Below, in pieces: positions 12,710 to 23,160 of a DNA stretch of 64,000 nt. The notes under the pieces are model-generated. The model had not been told where the DNA came from. It made no database searches and saw only the letters and a program-made list of their open reading frames with translations. The DNA lies in NCBI GenBank assembly GCA_054600435.1, contig BAAIJX010000074.1, forward strand, positions 1 to 64,000, read 5' to 3'. A program made the translations under genes and the position numbers. This DNA comes from Neophaeotheca triangularis. Lineage: Eukaryota. Numbering within the stretch: position 1 is the stretch's first letter; every line of letters begins with the position of its first letter.

Positions 12710-13409
12710 TATAAGAACTGTGCGTATCACGTGATGTCTAATCCTTATGCACTAACTAGTTCGCTACAAAGTGCAAAAGACTAGGAATATTTACCTCCGT
12801 AGTGAATATCGACATCATACCTATATAGGCTTGAGTCTTGGCGTCACGTGACGTCGTACGTGACCCACAAACTTAGTCGTGACAATTGCTTCCCTCTCCG
12901 TCGGACTCGTCCTCAAGTCTTACGACTTCATGACTCATGTCGGCCTTCCCCGTTACATATATATAGTCATACATGACTTATGCCGGATAAGATCCTAGCA
13001 CGTAATCATAGAGGTTGTCACACCTACATAGACCGCCCCTATCACTACACACGTGTGTCTACGTGATCACGAGCACGTGATCTACACATGAGGACTTCCG
13101 TCACGTGACGCATCACGTGACGTACTACCCTAAGTGATGTCGTACCTTAAAGTCACGACCCCGCACGAAACGTCAAGCAGCTTTCTACACGATTCGAACG
13201 GGCGACCTTTAGGCACCGGTAGAGGTGAATATATTGTGAGAACTATGCGTATCACGTGATGTCTAATCCTCGTGCACTAACCAGTTCGCCACAAAGTGTA
13301 AAAGACTAGGAATATTTACCTCCGTGGTGAATATCGACATCATACCTATATAGGCTTGAGTCTTGGCGTCACGTGACGTCGCACGTGACCTACAAACTCA
13401 GTCGTGACA
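12710..13409 (-). mobile_element. TRIM (miniature non-autonomous LTR element C): 175-bp LTRs and a 350-bp non-coding interior
   Basis: Direct repeats 12710-12884 and 13235-13409. 5-bp TSD gtagt (12705-12709 and 13410-13414). PPT ggagagggaagcaat on the minus strand next to the left LTR. Confidence 0.95.
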
Positions 13410-16128
13410 GTAGTGTTTAATGCGGTAGCATTCCGTCGACGCCTATCGACCGAATCATGAGCTGTAGTTATAGCGGGTAACACGGAAGCACCTCTAGCGG
13501 TAGACTTCTTCGTTTCGCGGGCAAGGTGCCGTTACGTAGCGGTCATGTCTATTTCTCGCTACACATCGTCAGCTAGCCCCTCGGGTAGCGGGCTAAATAG
13601 TAGCTTCTAGACACCTAGCATCTTTACTAAGACGTCTATATAGTTTATGGTAACATCGCTACTAAGGAGTATCTCTAGTATCGTAGCATTATCATACTGA
13701 TTTCGGATAAGGACATCGAGGAGCTTCGCACGTCTCGAGGCCTACTATTTTGTCGCTAGTAGCGCCGGCTGTTACTAATCTTCGTCATTAGTATCCCTTT
13801 CCTCGACTAGTCGATTAATTAGCGAGTCGTAGGGAATAGTCTAGCTTCTCTTATAAGCCGCGCTGTCTACTAGCTTCTCGTACTTACTAGGCCTCGTCAC
13901 GCGGACTTTAGGAGCAGCTCGCTTCTTATACACTCTCGCGTCCGGATCTTAAACCGGCCCTAGGCTAGATCGAGTCTGCATTAGATATAAAGAGACGTCG
14001 TCCTTGTCCTCGGAGGTGTTAGAACGGGATAATAGAGGGAGTGTAGTCATAAAGCGAACTATAGGACCCTATGCGGCGATAGGCACGAACCGGTTCTCGC
14101 CCCGTTTAATCTTCTACTTAATAGTATCGAGCCGGTTTTCCTACGGAAGCCTTTAGAGTTCCTCTCCCGGGTTTTAAACAGATCCCTATCAGATACGTTT
14201 ACTACTTAGGTTAGAGTGTACGAGTCCCTTATTAATAAGCTCGAGAAATCTAGGGCAAGTCATCTATCCGTGTAGGCCGCTATACATGAAGTAGCCTCCC
14301 GGCGCCGTTCCGTAGGTAGTATTAGGAGCGCCATAACCCTAACTAGGATACTACATGTAGTTATTAAAATTAGAGGTAGTAGCGGTAGGGGCGTAAGTAG
14401 ACCGTTCGGGAAAGGAAGGTTATAGAGCTACCTAGAAGACATTAGTCGTAGCGCTAGCTAGAATGTTAGACATAGTAAATCCGTAGTAGCCCGTATTCTT
14501 AACTATAATAGCTAGGTCTATAGCGTTTAACTTAAGCGTCTTGAACTTAGCTACTAGTTCGTCTATTTCCTTTTCGGAGGTAGGCTATTTAGGGAAGTTA
14601 GGTATAGGACGTCCCTAGCTCCTAAAAGCTAGCGCTAGGAATGCCGCGGTAGGGACTAGCATATATACGACAGGTTTCTCGCTAGCCTCTATATAGACTA
14701 TTACGTTATGAACCGAATTCAACATCTCTAAGGATTAGTCAGCACGGACCTTGTCCTCGACGGCCCTAAACAGTTATTAGTACTCGATAGACTCGCTAGG
14801 CATAAGTGGATTAATCTAGAACTGCCGGATAAGACGCTCCTATAAGTTCTAAGGCAAACTATAGAGGAAGTACTTTATAATCTCCGGTCCCCTAAGAGGG
14901 TACCCCTAATCTTTAGCCTTATAGATAATGCTCTCGAAACCGCGAACGTACTCTAGGATCCTATTCGGATAGCTAGCGGCTTTACTCTTAGCCATAAAAC
15001 CCGCGAGTGCTTCTATACTTCTAGTAAGTCGCTCCGAGTCAAAATCCCTAAACTTAACCTTTATGGCAGCGAAGACGCCCGCTAACGAGCCGTCGTGCTC
15101 AAGGTCCGACACCTAGGCCTAGACCTTATCGCTAACGTAGCTATCGAGTAGTTCGGCTACGCGACGGGAGTCGAACCTAAACCGCACGCATATCTTCTTA
15201 TACTTCTATATAAAGCTCGTAAGGTTACTACTATCGAAGTAGGCCGCTCTAGACTTGTAGGGGCTCGGGGGAGGCGCCGTAATCACGTACCCTAGGGTAT
15301 TAGTAGGACGCGACGGTAGGGACGCCCTAGGGCTGTCCCCGCTAGATCCTAGGGTAAGCGCGGGGGTAGATAGTGCCGAGGAAGTAGTAGGCCCTATATC
15401 CTATATGTCTTCTAGGGTAAGGGAAACGTCGAGAGGGGAGTTAGACATATTTTTGGTTATTTGTTCAGTTTTCTAGAAACAGTGATAATAGTAAGGCGGC
15501 GTAAATAAAACAGTAGAATCTTAGAACATATAAGTAATAGACCGAGTAAGGAAGCCGAGAATGTAAGCGATGTTCTTAGTAGTAAATTTACGAAGTTAAT
15601 CTTAAGCGGTGCCTCGTAGTCTTTCTTCGATCTATAGCCGAGTTGATATCTTTTCTCTACTAGAGGTCCTAAAGGTCCGGATTCTCTAGTAGTATGTAGA
15701 AGGTTTGCCTCTATTAAAATAAGACGAGCGTCGTCGTAGGGGACTCCGGCCTCTACATTTTTAAAGCTCTATTAAGTTTTCGGCGATAATACCGAACAGT
15801 CTAAAACCTTACGTAGCGTAGACAACCGCATCTAGGCTAAGTAGAACGGTAAGGGCGAGAAAAGCTAAAGTAGTAAGTAGTAGTCTAGACTATCTAGAAG
15901 CCGCTATCGTCGTTTCGTTAGGACAGGAGAATAGCGGGGTAGAGTAGTAGGTTTCTTAGGGTTAACTATAGCGCCGCTATCGCGTTATCGAGTCCCTTTT
16001 CTAGTTCCCTTATTAAAAGGGTAAGTTCTATAAGCTAGGTAGTCTTGTAGTAGGTATAATTCCTAGAGCGTAGGTTCGGCTATTAGGACGAAGACAATAT
16101 GCGATCGCCCTACCTTCGGCTCTAAATA

Positions 16129-16500
16129 TGTCGAGCGGCGAGAGCACTCGAGTAGCCGGGAGACTAGTTTTTGCTCGGAGAGGTATTGTTCATAACGGTT
16201 ATGAATAATGTAGCGGGATTAGGAATTAGGTGTAGTCGAGAATTAGGGATTGTTCGTAACGGTTACGAATAATACGTCGGGGGTTAGAAATTAGTTAGGT
16301 CGGTCATAGTACACGAAGGCCAATTCAAGCAGTCGTAATTCATTCCATGTCTATCTGTCTAGGTAGGTAGGTAGGTAGGTAGGTGTCTAAGATATAAGTA
16401 CTAGTGTAGGGGGAGGTATAGGTATGTGAAGGGGGTAATGATAAAGCAAATACTACAAAACTAGCCCGCCCATAAATGTAGCACGGGAGTCACCACGACA
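16129..16500 (-). repeat. Element B 5' LTR (372 bp)
   Basis: Direct repeat of 3877-4248, with palindromes at 16184 and 16248. Confidence 0.96.
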
Positions 16501-16504
16501 ATAG

Positions 16505-19297
16505 CGTGCCCGAGTACTTCTACGCGAGTATACCTCCTAATGCATATCCCGATATATTGGTCTTAAGGCAGGTCTCTAGCGTAGCGTTAAAGTGCCGTAG
16601 TACTAGTGCTGAAATGAAGCTGTACTTTAACCTTTTAAAGGATTTTTAGGCATCTTTACCTAGTAGCTACTATTCACCGCCGCTATACCGTAGGCGGTCT
16701 ATAAGGGGAGCGGTAATCTTTATATATCCCTTAATAAAGCGATGATAGAAATTCGCGAATCCTAGGAACACTTAGAGTTCTTTTAGGGACTTTAGTATTA
16801 GCTAATCTTGTACTACGGCTACCTATAGGGGCTCTATCGCTACTCTAGTAGAGTTAATAACGAAACCGAGGAATCCAATTTCTCGGACTATGAACTCGTA
16901 TTTCTCGAGACTAGTATATAGCTTAGCGTCGGCGAGCTAACGGCAGACCGCTCGAACGTGTTCGTGGTGTTCTACTTTAGTATAGGAATAGATAAGAACG
17001 TTATCTATGTATACTACGTAGTAGTAGTTAACGAGTTCTATGAGCACCTTATTAATAAAGGCCTAAAACGACGCTAGTACATTAGCGAGTCTAAAAGGCA
17101 TAACCTTATATTGAAAATGGCCGTACTAATAGTAGAACGCCGTCTTCTACTCGTCGCCCCGGGCAATACGTAAACGGTAGTATGTCTCGACTAAATCGAT
17201 TTTCGAAAAGCACATTAATCTACGGACTCTATCTAAGAGTTCACTAATAAGTAGTAAAGGATGCTTATTCTTAATAGTGATTTCGTTTAAGCCTTAGTAA
17301 TCGACGTACATTCGGAGTTTGCCGTTTTTCTTCTTAACGAACAGTAATGGTACGCTAGCGGGGCTAGTACTAGGCTCGATACGGTCTGTCGCGAGCAGGT
17401 TATTAATCTACGACTACATTTCCTCGAGCTCTAGCTCGGAACATAGGTAGATCAGTCTACTAGGAGGATTTTTCCCCTCGACTAGTTCGACATAGTAGTT
17501 ATAAAGCGTATACGGAGGTAACTCTTTCGCCTTCTCTAATTTAAACACCTCGGCGTATTCTGCTAACTACTCGGGCACCTATAGCTCCGCTAGGGCCCTA
17601 TATAAGTCTTCTACGCTAACGGCGAGGATAGATGCTCTACTGTTAATATCTCGGGCTAGTTCTTCGGCCTCGATAATTTCGACTTCTTCTTTATTATACA
17701 TGCCGCCGTAGCGCTACTATACTAGTAGCGACGCGAAATCAAGCTATACTTTCGCGGATCGGATCTAAGGCATTCTAAGAATCATTTCGTAATCCTTCTA
17801 GTTCACTACTTCGAACATTTACAGGATAGTCTAAACTATACTGTCTAAATTAGCGACTTTAGTATAGAGTCGGCATCGGCCTACTATTAGGGCTTCGATG
17901 TCGCTAAAGGCTCGTAGCCTACGAATCTAGTCACCCTTTATCGGCAGGTTATACTAGACCGCGATGTCTTCCGAGATGACATTGTAATACGCTCCTATAT
18001 CGATAAGCCTACGGGCCTCGAAGCGTAGCCCGTCGCGGGTACGATTGTATATCTTCGCGACAGCCTATAGGCGCTCTATTAATACACTGCCTACTTACTG
18101 CCCTAAGCCTTTAAGGCTAATAATTAAATGACCTAGGGCTAAGCTTTTCCCTTTCGGCAATGTTCTTACTAGTAGCCTTTATTGCTATACTTAAAACAAA
18201 GGTTTTCCTCGAGGGCTTTGTTATTTCGTTCGCTACCGTTAGTCGTACCTATATAGTTTACACCGGTCGCCGGTGTTCTATTAGTGCGCTAGTAGCGCGG
18301 TTTAGAGTTGTTATCGCTTATACTCTAGTTTTATTCTCTTTTCCTATAGCCGGAACCTCTTAAGTCGGTCTTATATAGCTTGTCTGCCGTCTCGCCTCTA
18401 GCGTCCTAGCTACTATAGCTCGCATCGTCGAGGCGCGTATAAAGCGCGACGAGGTCGTAGCGGTTATCCGGCACCGTTAGCTAGGCATTTAGCTTAGCCT
18501 TAAGATTCTCCCGTAAACCTGTCTTAACGAGGGTTAGGAGCGTATACTCCGGTAGCGGGGCGACGTTAGCCTCGCGGAGGGAGTCTTCGACATATAAGAG
18601 GTAGTCGTGAAATAGATTAGGTTAGTCCCTACACGTGTCGGAAACCTCGAAACGCCATGTTTATAGCGCGGTTTTCAGGGTCGAGGATCTAATCTAGTAG
18701 CTATTCTTTAAACATAGGCCATTTCATCTCTTCGCGTTCGAGTCGTAATTCTTTACTCTCCTAGTTCTAGCCGACGCGGCTATATAGGCGGCCTACGGCA
18801 TACTAGACACGCTCGTACTAATAAAAGTAAACATAAGGGTACGTCTTAAACACACGCTCGCATTACTAGATAAACGTCTATGCTTTTAGGAGATTAGGAT
18901 AACTCCTATAAACCGTTAGTTCGGCCGAGCGAAAAGCTTTCTTAATATCGATATAAGACTTTCGCTCCTTTATCGTTACGCTAGTAGGTAGATCTTCGTC
19001 TACTGTCTACTTACGTGCTACTAGGGTAGGGGCAATGTCCGCTAGCTCCTCCGGTTCGATATGTCCTCTTTCGGACTCGTCGTATAGGACCGTCGCTCTA
19101 TTAGCGGCTCGCTAAATAGGCGCTATACGCTCTACTAATTACTATCGGAGTTCCGTAATAGCGGTAGTAAGGACCGTGTATTAGTCCGTCGCTACCTCTT
19201 CTTATTCTTATAGGGTATTAACTCCGGTCATAGTGTTAGGGGAGTCCGCTAGGTTAGCGTCGTTAACCCGAGGGCGTAGCGAGCGCGATAGTACTAT
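16505..19297 (-). pseudogene. Element A gag-pol, 5' part (gag, zinc knuckle, protease, RT, start of RNase H)
   Basis: RIPed ATG ~19297; ENLCFKYSNKGY*..HC knuckle ~18156-18210; LIDIGAYYNVISE (DTG-type protease) ~17970-18015; RT VVYIDNVLIYS ~16985-17017. Confidence 0.9.
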
Positions 19298-19346
19298 AAT
19301 ATCTAAGCGAATCTTAACCTAAGAAGGTTCTAAGATCGAATAGAAT

Positions 19347-19569
19347 TATAAGACCGAGACTATAACTCGGTTAGGATCACGGTAGAGCGAGGGCGGAGCG
19401 TAATAATAGTAATAATAGTAATAGTCCTTTAATATAGAAACTATTCGATAGTAGATAGGAGACTTCACTATTAGCTATCTTATATACTTTCGTAGTATAT
19501 ACGCTTAGCACTCCCGAGCTACTCTATAGCTTAGGCCGCTAATGTCCTACTAGCGCCGCGGTCGTGACA
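19347..19569 (-). repeat. Element A 5' LTR (223 bp)
   Basis: Begins tgtcacgacc on the minus strand; followed by a self-priming-type PBS (ctattcgat) and gag. Confidence 0.92.
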
Positions 19570-20717
19570 CTTTAGTTACCTAGCCCCACTATAATTCAAT
19601 ACGCTAGTTTTACTTACTAGTACTATACCGGAAATAGTCCTTAAAGCCTAGGGGTTCGCCATTAGGTCCTAGCCTTAATTGCTCTACGATCTAGTAGTAA
19701 GCGTCTACTATTATAGTAGTCTTACCCCCCCTATCGGTAGTAATGATTTCCGGAGCGATACCTATCTCCGAGACGGTCTTAAGGTATTATACTGTAACTA
19801 AAACCCCTATACGGCTAGATATGCCGCAATAGATCTACATAATCTTATGTGAATATATGTCTATAGCGCTATAGACCTAGATCCCCTATAACTCGAGCTT
19901 ATAATAGACATCTATAGACTAGATATAATTAGGACTAGGATAGTTAACGGCGCTACGTATATAGCGCAGTATTAGGTCCCTACGAGTTATAGCCTATCTA
20001 CTATTTACGGGCCTTGTCCGAACTCTATCTCGTCTAAACTTTATGCTAAGACTAGCAAGATTTCTTTAAGGGCGCTCTATTAGAGTTTACGAGGCTTACA
20101 TTACGCGAGAATCACTATAGACTCTTAGGCTAATAACTCCTTTAGGACTCGACTTTAGAAGATCGTAAAACAGCTTAATCTAGCGGTATTCGAGCGCTGT
20201 AGTCGTACTAAAGACTCGCTTACCTATCTACTATGTTGTACTTAGACCGCATCTTTTAGTATAGGTAGCCTATTCTAAGGTCCTTAATAGAGCCGTCCTC
20301 ATACTCCTAGGTTAATACTACATATATAGTAGTCTCTATTTCCTACTCTTTAACTATCCCTCTCTTAATTCGCTTTTTTAGACCTATCTCTTTATGTAGC
20401 TCTACGATTTTGTAGCTACTAATGTCCGCTAGGCCGTTAGCTAGCAAAATCTGCGCGATTTGCTCGTCCATGATAAGGTGTTCTATGAATATATAGGCGA
20501 GTCTCGCGCGAAGTATAGGTCTGTTAAACACACTAGTATTGCGGTGCTATACTACTACCCCCTAGTCATAGAGCGACTCGCAAAGGCGCGTAAGGCCTAC
20601 CTTGCAATCGTGGTTGTCTCGTAGGTAAGTAATAATATCTTACTGTCTAACCTTGTCGCGCGTAAGAGCCTCGATGTCATCCCTAAAAGGCTCGAGGTTG
20701 ACCTTATAGCGAGTCAT
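19570..20717 (-). mobile_element. RIPed IS3EU-like DDE transposase (Clr5-like N-terminus + integrase core), cut by element A
   Basis: MTRYKVNLEPFRDDIEAL... start; core YPSPNYI*SIDVYYKLEL*GI*VYSAIDIYSHKIM*IYCGISSR...TDRGGKT...N*RIEL*WG, ending exactly at the element A LTR. Confidence 0.75.
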
Positions 20718-21213
20718 ACTATCCTGGATTTTCTGTTGTTATTATTGTTTGTATGACGAGTTACGGGTGATTAGCTCAAAACTAGGAAAGTTAAAGGTAG
20801 GAGTGACCGCGGGGCTGTTAGGATAGGAATCCGAGTCTTCGTAGGCTTATACGACCGTCATACATTAGGTAGATGTTTACTCCACGGCCCGAACAACACC
20901 TTACCGACGTTACCGTACCGGGCTATACCTATGTACATACAGTGCCTACACGCACTTTACCTACAGCACCTACCTTACCTTACAGTATGAGTCTGGCATG
21001 GACACCCACCGACGTCTAGCTTGCAGTACAAGCCTCTCCTTTGATCAAATCTTGCAGAGGTGTCATTTACGAACTGAGCAATTAACAAGCTCTACGTAGG
21101 GCCCGATAACTTTCTTTATCACTCAACTTCCATTGGATCCAGATAGTTTCCTTCATTATCCTCGCCCTCGCCATTCGTAGTGGACAAAGCTTCAAAATCA
21201 CTCCGAAACGGCC

Positions 21214-23160
21214 ATGGACCGACTGCCTGAAGAAGTAGTGCTCCAGATCATCACATGTAGGTATCGATTACGCCTAAGCATCAGGCCTTTCTTTTCTCTG
21301 ACGATATCTTCAGATCTCAATCACCTCGATGTTGTACGTTTACAAGGTGTCTCTTCACGCTATCTTTTCCTAGGCCGCGACAATGTCTACTGGAAACTTG
21401 AAGCTTTCGATCATTCCCGCGCAGAAGCGCTTAGGAGGCGGCAGCAATTACTCGATAGGCAAGGCTCCTCTTTGGCTGAGATCCGAAATGCTATATCTGC
21501 ACTACCTGGCTCGGACCTGACGGCTTTCGACGTTGCTCAAATACGCGGATCCTCTCAAGGTCGGGCCTCATCCGATCCCCATTCCGAAGCACGCGATCAG
21601 AGGAACAGAGCTTTGGCGAACTGGGAGCCTGGCTACCCTGGCGAACAACTTGACTATTATGAAGAGTACATTCAACGCCATGCCCCGATCAATGTCGGTT
21701 GGTTGGATGTGCCCAACGGAGAGACGGCGGAACGTGAGGTGTTGCGTGAAATTACGGGAGTTGGCGCCTTGCACTCGTCTTACTTCGACACTGTCGAACA
21801 TGTCGTTGCACCACTCGATGATGGCAGTATTTCAATTTGGGATCTCGCTCCTCGCACCACTTCAGCTATTGGCGGCGCAGGCAAACCGCTTCATCAGACC
21901 GCACCTGGCTTCCTGACAGGCCTTGGCCCAGACGACACGGCTAAGAGTCATGCTATCATGACCGAGACTGGCGCCGTCGAGTGCGTGAGTGTTGACAGCT
22001 CGGCAAAGAGAGGGTACTTCGCGGTGAACAATATGCTCCACGAAGTCGACCTACAGACAATGCAACGCGTTGGGGTCAAACAATACCCCTTTCCCATCAC
22101 AGCTCTGTCCGAGGCCCGCGATAAGGTTCCCATCACAGTTGGCACTAACATGACAATACACTTGCATGATCCACGAGATGATGCCTTCACGACCAAAGGG
22201 GAACACAGCAACGGGGAACTCATCGGTGGCTCTCCTCACTCACACGCCACTCTATCGCAGCCAGGGCCACTGTCGATCCTCCACCACGCTGGGCTGGATA
22301 CCACTGGCGCCTCAATTTGGATCGCAGGCCGCTTCACAAGCCTCTTAAACTACGATCGACGCTTGTTCCCACGACTTCGAGGCACAGTCCACAGTGGTGC
22401 CCGCGTCGCATGCCTCTCAGCCCTACCATACCCGCACTTGCCTCGTGACCTCGACTTGATGCGTAACCCCTCAGCCTCAATGCTAGACCACCAAAACGCC
22501 AAGACTTCCAGTGGCACGACCATCCTCGCTGCGGCAGAGTACAAAGGCAAAGGCTCGCTAGAACTGTACGGCCTTCCACACTCGACATCCTATCAAAACC
22601 GCCAAACCGCGTCCGCCTCCAAACTGCTTTCGGTAACGCCTCATGGCGGCCGCATAGTCTTCAGCGACGGCGACGGAAACCTTAAGTGGGTGGAGCGCGA
22701 TGGTTTCTCCCACGTCCGTAGCTACAACATCAACGAAGCCATCGGAGCATCCTCTGAAAATCCCGCTGCACACGATACCCGCGCTTCAGGCATCTGGTCA
22801 TCCACGAACGGCGGGACACCGGGCCACGGCGACATTGTCCAGAAGATCATCCCCACACTTTCATCCTCGCAAATCTCGTCATCGCGCTCCGAGCGTGCGG
22901 ACGTCGCGCAGTCGAACCTATTACTCTGGACGGGCGATGGCCGCCTCGGAGTGTTGGGTTTCGGACACCGGGACCCGCTTAGCAGCGCCAAGGCCGTGGA
23001 GGAGTGGCACGATGCCGTGGAGTCTCAGCATGTCATGGGCACTGCTGAGGCTAGGTCGAGAGAGGATGCCGAGAGGCAGTATGCGATGAGGATGCGGCGG
23101 GCGTTAGAGAGGAACGCGGACGAGGTGCGTTTTGTCCGGGGCTTGGGGATGGGGATCTAG
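21214..23160 (+). CDS. F-box protein with probable WD40-like beta-propeller
   Basis: MDRLPEEVVLQIITYLNHLDVVRLQGVSSRY...YWK F-box after removing an in-frame 57-nt intron (21257-21313, GT..AG); DGSISIWDL and DGDGNLKWVE repeats. Confidence 0.85.
   Translation: MDRLPEEVVLQIITCRYRLRLSIRPFFSLTISSDLNHLDVVRLQGVSSRYLFLGRDNVYWKLEAFDHSRAEALRRRQQLLDRQGSSLAEIRNAISALPGSDLTAFDVAQIRGSSQGRASSDPHSEARDQRNRALANWEPGYPGEQLDYYEEYIQRHAPINVGWLDVPNGETAEREVLREITGVGALHSSYFDTVEHVVAPLDDGSISIWDLAPRTTSAIGGAGKPLHQTAPGFLTGLGPDDTAKSHAIMTETGAVECVSVDSSAKRGYFAVNNMLHEVDLQTMQRVGVKQYPFPITALSEARDKVPITVGTNMTIHLHDPRDDAFTTKGEHSNGELIGGSPHSHATLSQPGPLSILHHAGLDTTGASIWIAGRFTSLLNYDRRLFPRLRGTVHSGARVACLSALPYPHLPRDLDLMRNPSASMLDHQNAKTSSGTTILAAAEYKGKGSLELYGLPHSTSYQNRQTASASKLLSVTPHGGRIVFSDGDGNLKWVERDGFSHVRSYNINEAIGASSENPAAHDTRASGIWSSTNGGTPGHGDIVQKIIPTLSSSQISSSRSERADVAQSNLLLWTGDGRLGVLGFGHRDPLSSAKAVEEWHDAVESQHVMGTAEARSREDAERQYAMRMRRALERNADEVRFVRGLGMGI

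Larger units (their letters stand above)
8230..15448 (-). pseudogene. Element B gag-pol (RIPed, split by the TRIM at 12710-13409; 3' end approximate)
   Basis: ATG 15448 MSNSPLD; CCHC-type knuckle ~14253-14296; protease ILLDSSTDINVM (DSG-type) ~12570-12600; RT VPYVDDII ~10900; RNase H ~10050-10450; integrase zinc finger and core ~8900-9550; FAPR*LGPYRI ~8600. Confidence 0.9.
3877..16500 (-). mobile_element. Full-length Ty3/Gypsy element B with a third ORF; RIP-inactivated; contains a TRIM insertion
   Basis: Two 372-bp direct LTRs with TGTCG...CGACA ends. 4-bp TSD atag (3873-3876 and 16501-16504). PPT gggaggga on the minus strand at 4249-4256. gag-PR-RT-RH-IN motifs present. Confidence 0.96.
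1330..19569 (-). mobile_element. Ty3/Gypsy chromovirus element A, RIP-inactivated, interrupted by element B; its own 3' LTR is not in the window
   Basis: Minus-strand order: 5' LTR, gag with CCHC knuckle, protease, RT, RNase H, integrase, chromodomain. The RNase H frame is continuous across the B insertion once one atag copy is removed. Confidence 0.92.
1..20950. other. RIP-mutated (repeat-induced point mutation) transposon block
   Basis: Visible excess of TpA/TAG/CTA and depletion of CpA/TpG with CpG retained. Few ORFs in the track, although retroelement motifs are readable with stops at Gln/Trp positions. The LTR-pair differences I compared are C/T or G/A transitions. Right boundary is approximate. 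Confidence 0.95.

Noticed and set aside
12452..12730. 92-aa ORF as a gene
   Set aside because: Chimera of TRIM LTR sequence and the RIPed protease fragment of element B.
1107..19569. DIRS-like element with inverted terminal repeats
   Set aside because: The interior encodes a DDE integrase and chromodomain rather than a tyrosine recombinase, and the left LTR has its own external PPT.
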